The position numbers were made by a program, and so were the translations under genes. Below are positions 37,796 through 47,484 of a DNA stretch of 47,484 nucleotides, one piece after another. Below the pieces are notes generated by a model that searched no databases, was not told where the DNA came from, and saw nothing but the letters and a program-made list of their open reading frames with translations. This stretch comes from Acidobacteriota bacterium. Lineage in GTDB: Bacteria; Acidobacteriota; Terriglobia; 20CM-2-55-15. Position 1 is the stretch's first letter. The number at the start of each line of letters is the position of its first letter. The stretch spans positions 1 to 47,484 of the forward strand of contig JAHFTY010000006.1 of assembly GCA_023265365.1 (NCBI GenBank). The letters are read 5' to 3'.

Positions 37796-38257
37796 ATGAA
37801 ACAACTGCCTGCTGGCCTTCCAGCTCCCGATTTTGAACTTCCCACTCTGGATGGAGGTGCGTTCCACCTCAGCCAGGCGCTCAGCGGCGGCCCGGTCGTC
37901 CTGGCGTTTTATAAAGCGGCCTGTCCGACGTGCCAGTTCACCTTTCCGTATCTTCAGAAAAGCGGGAACTCCCGAATCTGGGCCATTTCGCAGGATGAAC
38001 CGGAGGAAACGCGGGCTTTTTTGAAGCACTTCGGGATTGCGTTGCCGGTGCTGATCGACCCGCATCCATACGAGGTTTCCCGGGAGTACGGCGTCGAGTA
38101 CGTGCCTGCCGTATTCATCATCGGGCAGGATGGAGTCATCCGGACCAGCGATTACGGGTTTTCGAAGGACACGCTATCGAAGATTGCCGGACACGAGATG
38201 TTTCCTTCGGACGATGGCATTCCGGCGACGCGGCCCGGTTGACGCTCTAAAAACTGA
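37796..38257 (+). CDS. AhpC/TSA-TlpA-like redoxin, probable C-terminal selenocysteine
   Basis: From ATG 37796: APDFEL, FYKAACPTCQ (CxxC) and YGVEYVP, ending ...IPATRPG-[TGA 38240-38242]-RSKN-TGA. Ends at 38242 if not recoded. Confidence 0.8.
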
Positions 38258-38258
38258 T

Positions 38259-38271
38259 CGCCCGTGGGGCG
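38259..38271 (+). promoter_or_regulatory. Candidate SECIS hairpin (alternatively a weak terminator)
   Basis: CGCCC-GTG-GGGCG begins 16 nt after the first TGA and has no T-tract. Confidence 0.4.
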
Positions 38272-38274
38272 GAA

Positions 38275-38619
38275 TTATTGCTTCTTGCTTTGTTTCTCTT
38301 TGCAATCCACGCAAACACGCGTCCATGGAACGGCGTCGAGCCGGACATTGGGGATCTCATTCTCGCAATCCGTGCAGATGCCGTAGGTCCCCTGGTCCAT
38401 ACGATGGATGGCTTCCTCGATCGCACGCAGGAGTTTCGAGTCGGTCTGTTTCAGGGCAAGGCGCACGTGTAAGTCGCTCTCCTGACTGGAATGGTCGATC
38501 CAGTCGCCGCTTTTTGAGCCCGGCTCGATGGCGGGAGTGCGCGCGGGTGCCGCGTTTTGGAGTTCGTCACGCTTGGCTTCAAGAATGTCTCGATACTTCT
38601 TCAGATCTGTGGGAGTCAT
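38275..38619 (-). CDS. DksA/TraR C4 zinc-finger protein
   Basis: Coiled coil with DWID tip, AIHRMDQGTYGICTDC and RLDAVPWTRVCVDC. Confidence 0.9.
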   Translation of the reverse strand: MTPTDLKKYRDILEAKRDELQNAAPARTPAIEPGSKSGDWIDHSSQESDLHVRLALKQTDSKLLRAIEEAIHRMDQGTYGICTDCENEIPNVRLDAVPWTRVCVDCKEKQSKKQ

Positions 38620-38667
38620 GTGTTAGATGTCCGGTGCGAATTTCTGAGCTCTTCCAAACCGCCGATT

Positions 38668-39213
38668 CTAGCACCAGGAACGTAGCTGTGCAAAGACGAG
38701 GTCTCGAACCGTGAGCAGGTCGTACTGGGCGATCAGCCGGTCATCCGTTTCCGATAGCCAGAGCCGTATCTGGTCCGTCAGGACTTTCTCGATCTCGGCG
38801 GTATCGTCTATCCGGTAGTTTTCCTTCAACTGCCGGATCACGGCCGCGTTCTCCGGTAACGCGAAGAACTCGGGAACATAGCCTGGAGCGGCCAGCCGGA
38901 TTTCCTGCAGCCGGCCGGCCTGTGCGGCCAGTTGGCTGCGTTCGCGCCATGGTTGAATCTTCGCATCGACGACCTCTTCGATTCGGCCGCGAATGATGTT
39001 GGAGAAAAGCTCCTCATTGGACGCTTTCTCCATGGCGGATCGGACAGCCGCAATCAACTGGGCTTCCTGATCCGGCGTCAGAGTGAAGTCATATGGGAGC
39101 AATTGGGTCCGGGTATACGTTTCCAGATCTTCATACCGCGAAAGGCGCTCGGGAGAGGGCTCGTCGCCGGGTTTCCAGAATCTCCGAAAAAACTGTCTGC
39201 GGGACAGGGCCAT
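38668..39213 (-). CDS. Hypothetical helical protein
   Basis: Open frame with typical codon usage. Start reassigned to ATG 39213, 7 nt after an extended -10 element. Confidence 0.6.
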   Translation of the reverse strand: MALSRRQFFRRFWKPGDEPSPERLSRYEDLETYTRTQLLPYDFTLTPDQEAQLIAAVRSAMEKASNEELFSNIIRGRIEEVVDAKIQPWRERSQLAAQAGRLQEIRLAAPGYVPEFFALPENAAVIRQLKENYRIDDTAEIEKVLTDQIRLWLSETDDRLIAQYDLLTVRDLVFAQLRSWC

Positions 39214-39320
39214 GGGCCCAAACATAGCACAACCGGCCTGCTATAATCCGGGATTCACACTATGAACATATCCAACTTCGCCGAGCTGAATCTGAGCCAC
39301 GCCCCGGGCTGCTGACACGT

Positions 39321-40109
39321 ATGTACCAGACCATCATCTTCAATACGCAGGGTTCGATTGGAGTTCTCAGGCTCAACCGTCCCGAAAAGCTGAATGCCTT
39401 CGGCGGCCCCATTCGAGACGAGATTCTCGATGTATTGGGAAAAATCCGGGATGACCAAACCATCCGCGTCCTTGTCGTGACGGGTGAAGGCCGCGGGTTC
39501 AGTGCGGGCGGCGATATCGATCACCTGAAGCAGTTGCGTGAAAACCGGGACGAAGAAGGGTTCAAGCTGGTTTTGGGCAAGGGCCAGCAGATCACTCGAA
39601 CCATGCGCGCTCTCCCAAAGCCGGTGATTGCTGCCGTGAATGGCGCGTGCGCTGGGGCCGGATTCAGCTTCGCGCTCGGATGTGACATCCGTATCGCGTC
39701 GGACAGGGCGACTTTCGGTCCGAGCTTCGCGCGAATCGGGCTTCATCCGGATTGGGGCGGGAGCTGGTTCCTTCCGAAGCTGATCGGAAGTGCGAAGGCC
39801 TGCGAACTGGTCTTCACCGGGAGCATGGTTCCGGCGGTCGAAGCGGAAAGGATCGGCCTGGTGAATCGCGTCGTCCCCCACGATGACTTGATGCCCGTCG
39901 TCATGGACCTTGCAACAACGATGTCGCTCAACCCTCCAGGCGTCCTGAGACTTGCGAAAGAGTCGATCTATCGAAGTCTCAGCTCCGATCTTGAGACCGC
40001 GTTCGCCCGCGAGACACAGGTCCAGACGGAGTGTTTCCACAGCGAAGATTTTCTCGAAGGCGTGACTGCGTTCACGGAGAAACGAAAACCTCAATTCAAA
40101 GGGCGCTAA
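39321..40109 (+). CDS. Enoyl-CoA hydratase/isomerase (PaaG-like)
   Basis: Motifs LNRPEKLNA, FSAGGD, PVIAAVNGACAGAG, IGLHPDWG and AFTEKRKPQFKG. Confidence 0.92.
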   Translation: MYQTIIFNTQGSIGVLRLNRPEKLNAFGGPIRDEILDVLGKIRDDQTIRVLVVTGEGRGFSAGGDIDHLKQLRENRDEEGFKLVLGKGQQITRTMRALPKPVIAAVNGACAGAGFSFALGCDIRIASDRATFGPSFARIGLHPDWGGSWFLPKLIGSAKACELVFTGSMVPAVEAERIGLVNRVVPHDDLMPVVMDLATTMSLNPPGVLRLAKESIYRSLSSDLETAFARETQVQTECFHSEDFLEGVTAFTEKRKPQFKGR

Positions 40110-40112
40110 TCC

Positions 40113-40613
40113 ATGCGATCGTCTGTCTTGTTGATATCTCTGGCTCTCCTGTTGAGTTCCTGCAACCAGAACATGCAGCCCGGTAACGGTGAACTGCTGA
40201 GCGATTCCAAACCTCCCGCCAAGGCGAGCAACCCGCGCCCCCTGGCCAGTGAGGATGGCGAGATGAAAATACCGCCATTCGTGAAGGCGTACTTCATGCA
40301 TCAGTTTGTGGAGGCGCTCTACAGCACGCCGAAGAACTTCAACCCGAATCCGGACTGGTCGTCGCCGCTGAAGGACCCGGAGAACGGCCGCGTGTGGTGC
40401 ACGGACTGTCACGTTTCGGGGCAGGTCGACTTCGCGAAGATCCCGAAGCGCAAGATGCCGATGAACGAAGACCTCGAGAAGAACAAGGGGTTCATGGCCG
40501 ACCTGATGAAGAAGTGGGTCGCCCGGTTGAATAGCGATGACTTCGGAGCCAAAGGGAAACTGAAGCAGCCGGTGACATGCCTGACCTGCCACGCGACGAA
40601 TCCCGCGCCATAG
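40113..40613 (+). CDS. Diheme c-type cytochrome lipoprotein
   Basis: Lipobox LLSSC, two CxxCH motifs (CTDCH, CLTCH) and Met residues in the preceding helices. Confidence 0.8.
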   Translation: MRSSVLLISLALLLSSCNQNMQPGNGELLSDSKPPAKASNPRPLASEDGEMKIPPFVKAYFMHQFVEALYSTPKNFNPNPDWSSPLKDPENGRVWCTDCHVSGQVDFAKIPKRKMPMNEDLEKNKGFMADLMKKWVARLNSDDFGAKGKLKQPVTCLTCHATNPAP

Positions 40614-40629
40614 GGCGCCTGTTGTTCGT

Positions 40630-41907
40630 CTACACCACGGTCCCGTCGGGAAGGACGCCATTCTTCGGAACGATGACGATCCCGTCGCGGATGTAGTACC
40701 CCGGGCCATCGAAGTTGGCGATGTGCAGATCGTTCAGCACCCGGACGTTCGCGCCGATGTGGGCGTTCTTGTCGATGATGGCGTTCTTGATGACCGAACC
40801 CGCGCCGATGCCGATATCCGGGATCCCAAGTTGCCGGTTGTAATCGTGATCTTCCTCGTCTTCGTAGTAGTCCGCACCCATGACGAGCGTCCGTTCGAGG
40901 ACGACGTTTTCCCCGACCAGGCTTCGAATGCCCACAATCGAATTGAAGATTCGGGCGCCTTTCAAAACCGACCCTTCCGCAATGATCGCCGCGCGAACTT
41001 CGCATTGCTCCACCCGGGATGGAGGGAGGAATCGGGGACGCGTGAAAATCGGAGCGGCCATGTCGTGAAAATCGAAGTGAGGATCGCTGCTCGTGAGGTT
41101 GATGTTCGCCTTGTAGAACTCCATGATCGTTCCAAGATCTTCCCAATAGCCGTCGAACAGATGTCCATAGACGTCGTACTGTTCGATGGCTTTGGGAATC
41201 ACCTGGTATCCGAAGTCGATCATCGAAGGGTCCGCAAGAAGATCGATGAGGACGCTCCTTTTAAAAAGATAAATCCCCATCGACGCCAGATAGGGCCTGT
41301 CCGGAGCCCCCGTGTCGGTCCGCATTTCGTGGAGCGCGCTTCCCCTTGGTTTTTCACGGAACTGCCCGATCTTTCCATTCGGACCGAGCTTCAATAAGCC
41401 AAAGGACGACCCCATCTCCTCACTTTTTGGGATCACGCATACCGTCACGTCAGCGCCGCGTCTCCAGTGGGATTCGAGAAGGTCGTGGAAGTTCATGCGA
41501 TAGAGTTGATCGCCCGCAAGGATCAACTGGTAGTCGTCGTCGCGCCCGCTGAAGCGATGCAGGTGCTGGCGAACCGCATCGGCCGTTCCCTGGAACCAGT
41601 TCTGGTTCGAGACTGTCTGCTCGGCAGCCAGCACTTCGATGAAGCCTTCGCCGAACGGATCGAAACGATAGCTGTTCGTGACGTGGTGGTTGAGCGACGC
41701 GGAATTGAACTGCGTCAGCACGAATATTTTCTTCAGGCCCGAGTTCAGGCAATTGCTGATCGGGATATCGATCAACCGGTACTTGCCTCCGAGGGGAACC
41801 GCCGGTTTCGATCGATCCTGGGTGAGAGGAAACAGCCGCTTTCCCGCGCCACCCGCGAGAATGATCGACAGTACGTGCGACGAATTGTGGCGGTCTTTGC
41901 GAACCAT
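40630..41907 (-). CDS. glgC: Glucose-1-phosphate adenylyltransferase
   Basis: Motifs ILAGGAGKRLFPLT, KPAVPLGGKYRLID, WFQGTADAV and ASMGIY. Start reassigned to ATG 41907. Confidence 0.96.
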   Translation of the reverse strand: MVRKDRHNSSHVLSIILAGGAGKRLFPLTQDRSKPAVPLGGKYRLIDIPISNCLNSGLKKIFVLTQFNSASLNHHVTNSYRFDPFGEGFIEVLAAEQTVSNQNWFQGTADAVRQHLHRFSGRDDDYQLILAGDQLYRMNFHDLLESHWRRGADVTVCVIPKSEEMGSSFGLLKLGPNGKIGQFREKPRGSALHEMRTDTGAPDRPYLASMGIYLFKRSVLIDLLADPSMIDFGYQVIPKAIEQYDVYGHLFDGYWEDLGTIMEFYKANINLTSSDPHFDFHDMAAPIFTRPRFLPPSRVEQCEVRAAIIAEGSVLKGARIFNSIVGIRSLVGENVVLERTLVMGADYYEDEEDHDYNRQLGIPDIGIGAGSVIKNAIIDKNAHIGANVRVLNDLHIANFDGPGYYIRDGIVIVPKNGVLPDGTVV

Positions 41908-42033
41908 ATGCGAAGAATGCCTCGAATTTTTCCATGATACACTACGCGCTGCCGGGAAAATCGAGCCACGGATTTGACGGACGGCGCCGATGATGGAATC
42001 CACGGCCAACCTGTAGTCCGCCGGCACCTGAAC

Positions 42034-42897
42034 ATGCCTGAGTTTCTCCGACAAACCTTCGGCCTGACCTACGCTCCCGTCATTATTCCTCTTCTGCACA
42101 TCGGCTCGATGCTCTTCTTTGCCTGGCTCGTGCTGAAGCTCATCGACTCCGCGTTGTCGCGCCTGCGCCTGCTCATTCCTCCCGGCGATGTGCTGGGCGT
42201 TCCTCGCGCCGAACAGCGAGCGGAAACGCTAAGGCACATCGTTCGCAGCGTGGCGAAGTTCATGCTGATCGTCTTCGTCGGACTGACGATCAGCAGCGAA
42301 CTGGGTTTCGACATCGCTCCCATCCTCGCCAGTGTCGGAATTGCCGGGGTGGCGATCGGGTTCGGCGCGCAAAGTCTCGTGAAAGACGTCATCGCGGGAT
42401 TCTTCATTCTCCTCGAGGATCAGTACGGAGTCGGTGATGTGATCAAAGTCGGGGAACATTCCGGAGTCGTCGAGCGCATGTCATTACGTGCGACCGTGCT
42501 CCGGAATCTGCAGGGACAGGTTCACGTCATCCCGAACGGCACCATTCAAACCGTTTCGGTGCTCACCAAAGAATGGGCGCGGGCCGTCGTCGATGTGACG
42601 GTGGGATACGGCGAGAGTCTGGACACCGTGTTTGGAGTGCTCGATGAGATCGGGGAATCGCTTCATCGGGACTGGCCGGATCGGTTGACCGAGAAGCCCG
42701 TCATTCTTGGGATTGAACAACTCGGACCGGATGGCGTTGTGATTCGGTGCGCGGTGAAGACACCGCCGATGAAGCAGTGGGAAGTGACTCGAGAGTGGCG
42801 GCGCCGAATCAAGGAGGCGTTTGAGCGGCAGGGAATCGAATGGCCGGTCCCGCAGCGGACGCTATTGATCCAGCCGGAAAAGAACCGCGAGGGCTAA
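42034..42897 (+). CDS. Small-conductance mechanosensitive channel (YkuT/YbiO-like)
   Basis: Motifs GIAGVAIGFGAQSLVKD, EDQYGVGD, SGVVE and IPNG. Start ATG 42034. Confidence 0.92.
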   Translation: MPEFLRQTFGLTYAPVIIPLLHIGSMLFFAWLVLKLIDSALSRLRLLIPPGDVLGVPRAEQRAETLRHIVRSVAKFMLIVFVGLTISSELGFDIAPILASVGIAGVAIGFGAQSLVKDVIAGFFILLEDQYGVGDVIKVGEHSGVVERMSLRATVLRNLQGQVHVIPNGTIQTVSVLTKEWARAVVDVTVGYGESLDTVFGVLDEIGESLHRDWPDRLTEKPVILGIEQLGPDGVVIRCAVKTPPMKQWEVTREWRRRIKEAFERQGIEWPVPQRTLLIQPEKNREG

Positions 42898-42902
42898 CGA
42901 TC

Positions 42903-42930
42903 GAAAGGGCAGCCGGACGGCTGCCCTTTC
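42903..42930. terminator. Bidirectional Rho-independent terminator
   Basis: GAAAGGGCAGCC-GGAC-GGCTGCCCTTTC between convergent genes. Confidence 0.8.
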
Positions 42931-42958
42931 TCTGGTTTTGATGATCGTTGCGATACGT

Positions 42959-44008
42959 TTACGGTTGGGCCGCGAGCCACTGTTTCCGTTCGGCAATCTT
43001 CGCGTCGAGTCCGCTCATGTCCCCGCTGTTCTTGGTATTCCACAAGCGGTCGAGTTGCGTTTTTGCAGGAGCCTGGGTCGTGCCGCCGGCGGCGACCGAG
43101 GTGGCCAGGGTGTCGATGGCCTGATCGCGTTTGGCTCGCAGGTTCTGTTCGAGGGCGGAGCTTTGAGCCTTCAATTCATCGATCTGAATCTGATCGGCTT
43201 TCGCGCCGATCGCGTCATTGGTCGCCTTGACCGCACTCTGGTAATTCTTCGTGATGTCGACCGCCTGCTGGTTGTACACCAGGCCCAACAGGTACCAGGC
43301 GCCGCCGTCTTTCGGGGTCGCCTTGGTGGCGGCGAGACAGTCCTCTTCGGCTTTCGGGTAGTCCTGGTTGTTAAAGGCAATGCTGCATAGGGTGGTGTGC
43401 AGCGTCCCCTCGATACCGGACTTCTGCTTCGCCCAGTCGGCTTCCGAGAGCCCGACCGATTTCGGATCCAGCTTCGCGACCAGCGTCAGCGCCTTGGTCG
43501 CGAAACCCTTGGCCTTTTCCAAACCGGCCTTGTCGCTTGGCGTGGCTGCCGGAATTGTGCTCGACAGCGTGATCAGAGTGTTGAGATCGTCGGGAGCCAG
43601 ACTCAGCACTTTTTCCCCGAATGCGATGGTTTGAGCCGCATTGTTGCTCTGCTGGGCCGCCTGCATTCCCTGCGCGTACATCGTGGCCTTGTTTGCCGCG
43701 GACATACCCGGAAACATCTGATCGACCTTGCCGGTCAGTTCCAGGACTTTCGCCCAGTTACTGAGTTTGCCGTGGTTGCTGACGGTTTGCCGGAATACGG
43801 GCTCGGCATATTGGGATGCCGGAAAATCCTTGATGAACTTCTCTCCCGCTTCGGCTTTCGTCTTCGGGTCCGTTTGCGGAATGTTGTAGTACGCCGTGTA
43901 TGCGCCGGCATCGTTCTGGGCCGGCGCCGCCCGTGGCCCTGCAAAGGTGGGGACTGCCAGTGCTGCCAGGAGCAGGAAAGAGCAACCCAAATATGCGGTT
44001 TTTTTCAT
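42959..44008 (-). CDS. Secreted TPR-like all-helical protein
   Basis: Signal peptide, F...FP.S.Y motif, TPR-like units (AWYLLGLVY) and a GAGGAGG RBS. Confidence 0.75.
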   Translation of the reverse strand: MKKTAYLGCSFLLLAALAVPTFAGPRAAPAQNDAGAYTAYYNIPQTDPKTKAEAGEKFIKDFPASQYAEPVFRQTVSNHGKLSNWAKVLELTGKVDQMFPGMSAANKATMYAQGMQAAQQSNNAAQTIAFGEKVLSLAPDDLNTLITLSSTIPAATPSDKAGLEKAKGFATKALTLVAKLDPKSVGLSEADWAKQKSGIEGTLHTTLCSIAFNNQDYPKAEEDCLAATKATPKDGGAWYLLGLVYNQQAVDITKNYQSAVKATNDAIGAKADQIQIDELKAQSSALEQNLRAKRDQAIDTLATSVAAGGTTQAPAKTQLDRLWNTKNSGDMSGLDAKIAERKQWLAAQP

Positions 44009-44122
44009 TGAAAACTAACCTCCTCACAAATCGAAGGATTTGCCCCCGAATTGAGTGCGAAACTCGAAAATGTTCTTCAAAAGCGATAGGCCGTTACCAC
44101 GAGGCTTTCCGGCAATCGGTGG

Positions 44123-44151
44123 ATCATACTCAAACCTGTAGCCGCATGCAA
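44123..44151 (-). promoter_or_regulatory. Sigma70-type promoter of the TPR-like gene
   Basis: Minus strand TTGCAT-17 bp-TATGAT, giving a 5' UTR of about 105 nt. Confidence 0.6.
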
Positions 44152-44201
44152 CGAGAAGAGATAGCGAATTTTGAATTGCGAACTTTCAAATCCGATAATC
44201 C

Positions 44202-45518
<1,317 letters not shown>

Positions 45519-45572
45519 TAATTCCTCCCTATTTGGACCGATTGACGGCGAGCCGGCACAGGCCGGCGCCGG

Positions 45573-45720
45573 CAAGCCGTGGCAGAAGTGGGCCAGATAC
45601 CTCGCCGCCGATTTTCACAATTCGGGGTCAAACCCAAAGAACTGATAAAGCAGGTCTGACCCCACCGAAAATGGGCGCCGAGGTGTCTGACCCAGAATGA
45701 CCTTCTTCTGCCACGGGCTG
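45573..45720. mobile_element. MITE-like element, copy 2 (inverted relative to copy 1)
   Basis: Its reverse complement aligns along the full length with 218-366, with scattered substitutions and small indels. The right TIR CTTCTGCCACGGGCTG abuts CTAG, which contains the sdhB stop. The left TIR is slightly decayed. Confidence 0.75.
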
Positions 45721-46494
45721 CTAGGCACTTTCGTTTCTAAACGCGTCGCCCCGCTGAGTCCAGCTTGCCTTGATGAAGTCACGGTTCATTCGAGCAATGA
45801 CTTCGAGTTTGATTTCCTTGGGGCACACCGCTTCGCATTCGCCGATGTTGGTACAGCTGCCGAACCCTTCCGTCCTGACTTGAGCTGCCATATTCAGCGC
45901 CCGGTCGTATCGTTCGGGCTGGCCTTGCGGGAGCAGACCGAGATGCGCAATCTTGGCGCCGGTAAACAATGCTGCGGCGGCATTCGGGCACGCTGCAACG
46001 CACGCGCCGCAACCGATGCAGGCCGCCGCGTCCATGGCCAGATCGGCGTTCTCCTTGGGCACGGGAATGCAATTGGCGTCCTGTGGCGAACCGGCGGCCA
46101 CCGAAATGAAACCGCCGCTGGCAATGATGCGATCGAACGCGCTGCGGTCCACGACCAGGTCTTTGACCGCGGGAAACGCGGAAGCGCGCCACGGTTCGAG
46201 ATAAAGTTCGTCGCCATCCTTGAAATGCCGCATATGAAGCTGACACACCGTGGTCCCCGGCTGAGGGCCGTGCGCCACGCCGTTGATCATGAATCCGCAC
46301 GAGCCGCAGATGCCTTCGCGGCAGTCGTGATCGAACGCAACCGGTTCTTCCCCCTTCGCAATCAGTTCTTCGTTCAGCACGTCCAGCATTTCCAGGAACG
46401 ACATGTGTGTGCTCACCTGCTTGTGTTCGTACCGGACCATCTGGCCCGCGTGCGCGGGGCTTTTCTGTCTCCACACGTGAAGGATAAGTCTCAT
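45721..46494 (-). CDS. sdhB: Succinate dehydrogenase/fumarate reductase iron-sulfur subunit
   Basis: Motifs [22 protein letters not shown] and [13 protein letters not shown]. Confidence 0.95.
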   Translation of the reverse strand: MRLILHVWRQKSPAHAGQMVRYEHKQVSTHMSFLEMLDVLNEELIAKGEEPVAFDHDCREGICGSCGFMINGVAHGPQPGTTVCQLHMRHFKDGDELYLEPWRASAFPAVKDLVVDRSAFDRIIASGGFISVAAGSPQDANCIPVPKENADLAMDAAACIGCGACVAACPNAAAALFTGAKIAHLGLLPQGQPERYDRALNMAAQVRTEGFGSCTNIGECEAVCPKEIKLEVIARMNRDFIKASWTQRGDAFRNESA

Positions 46495-46495
46495 C

Positions 46496-47484
46496 TTATT
46501 TGTAGCTCCGTTGCGTTGGATGAACGTACTCGAATTCCAGCGGCTCTTTGTTCAGCACCGGAGCCCTTCCGTCGCCGGCATACTCCCAGGCGCCAACGTA
46601 GCTGTAGCGCTCGTCGTCCCGCTTCGCTTCTCCATCCGGTGTTTGAAACTCCTCCCGGAAATGGCCGCCGCACGATTCGTTGCGGTGGAGGGCGTCCATG
46701 CACATCAATTCGCCGAACTCCAGGAAGTCCGCCACCCGTCCGGCATTTTCGAGCGACTGATTCAGTTCTTCGCCGCCGCCCAGAACGTTCACGTTCTTCC
46801 AGAACTCTTCGCGCAGTTCAGGGATCTGTTTCAGAGCGCGCTTCAGCCCGGCTTCGTGTCGAGCCATGCCGCATTCATCCCAAAGCAGTTTGCCGAGTTC
46901 TCTGTGGAATGAAGTGACGGTTCTCTTTCCCTTTATGCTCAAGAATCGGTTCGTACGTTCCATCACGCCCCGCTCCGCATCCTTGACCGCAGGGTGATTC
47001 GAGTCCACCTTTTCGAATTTCGTCTGGGCGAGATAGTCGCCGATCGTATACGGCAGAACGAAATAGCCGTCGGCCAGACCTTGCATCAGTGCGCTGGCGC
47101 CGAGCCGGTTGGCGCCGTGATCGGAGAAGTTTGCCTCGCCGATCGAATACAGGCCGGGGACGGTGGTCATCAGGTTGTAGTCCACCCAGAGTCCGCCCAT
47201 CGTGTAATGAATGGCGGGATAAATCCGCATCGGCGCTTCGTAGGGATTCTCACCGGTAATGCGCTCGTACATGTCGAAGAGGTTTCCGTATCTTTCTTTG
47301 ACGCCGTTCCTGGTCAGGCGCTTGATCGCGTCCGCAAAATCGAGGTAGACGCCGAGACCCGTTCCCACGCCGCGTCCTTCGTCGCAAACCTGCTTCGCGT
47401 TTCGCGATGCCACGTCGCGGGGAACGAGATTCCCGAAACTGGGATACTTCCGCTCGAGGTAGTAGTCGCGTTCGTCATCCGGAA
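46496..47484 (-). CDS. sdhA: Succinate dehydrogenase/fumarate reductase flavoprotein subunit, C-terminal part (continues beyond the window)
   Basis: Motifs [28 protein letters not shown] and ESCGGHFR. Adjacent to sdhB. Confidence 0.95.
   Translation of the reverse strand, partial: PDDERDYYLERKYPSFGNLVPRDVASRNAKQVCDEGRGVGTGLGVYLDFADAIKRLTRNGVKERYGNLFDMYERITGENPYEAPMRIYPAIHYTMGGLWVDYNLMTTVPGLYSIGEANFSDHGANRLGASALMQGLADGYFVLPYTIGDYLAQTKFEKVDSNHPAVKDAERGVMERTNRFLSIKGKRTVTSFHRELGKLLWDECGMARHEAGLKRALKQIPELREEFWKNVNVLGGGEELNQSLENAGRVADFLEFGELMCMDALHRNESCGGHFREEFQTPDGEAKRDDERYSYVGAWEYAGDGRAPVLNKEPLEFEYVHPTQRSYK

Noticed and set aside
39180-39213. Tat signal in the hypothetical protein (LSRRQFF)
   Set aside because: No hydrophobic h-region follows the twin-arginine-like motif.
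39310-39330. TGC-TGA (Cys-Sec) reading of the uORF end
   Set aside because: Read-through runs out of frame over the hydratase start and no SECIS-like hairpin is apparent.
44009-44116. Riboswitch in the ~105-nt leader of the TPR-like gene (GGCAAA... reminiscent of c-di-GMP-I)
   Set aside because: The remaining conserved elements and a terminator are not recognisable. An Rfam/Infernal scan would be needed.

Overview
A GC-rich bacterial chromosomal segment whose gene content and protein style suggest Acidobacteriota (inference, not a database result). It is mostly housekeeping: recA; thiolase and 3-hydroxybutyryl-CoA dehydrogenase; tonB-like gene; lspA-RluA-rnpB; rpmE-DUF1385-prfA-prmC; rpsA-sppA-ihfB-HIT; ggt; two PilT/PilU ATPases; dksA-like gene; glgC; mscS; ino1; sdhB and partial sdhA. 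It also encodes several secreted or outer-membrane proteins (NHL-repeat protein, Tat amidase, M1 peptidase, CBM9/DUF5916 protein, TonB-dependent-receptor-like barrel). No prophage, transposase, CRISPR array, tRNA or rRNA was seen. The most interesting signals are two probable UGA-recoded (selenocysteine) genes that the ORF track misses or truncates. One is an unannotated 48-aa membrane mini-protein (...LPRLGVPT-U-...) directly behind prmC. The other is a CxxC redoxin ending RPG-U-RSKN. Each UGA is followed by a short GC-rich SECIS-like hairpin. The window also holds two inverted copies of a ~150-bp MITE-like palindromic element about 45 kb apart, GTAG-type REP doublets, a second perfect 27-bp inverted repeat, heptamer-repeat patches, several small zinc-binding proteins and a recurring pattern of leaderless or bidirectional promoters.
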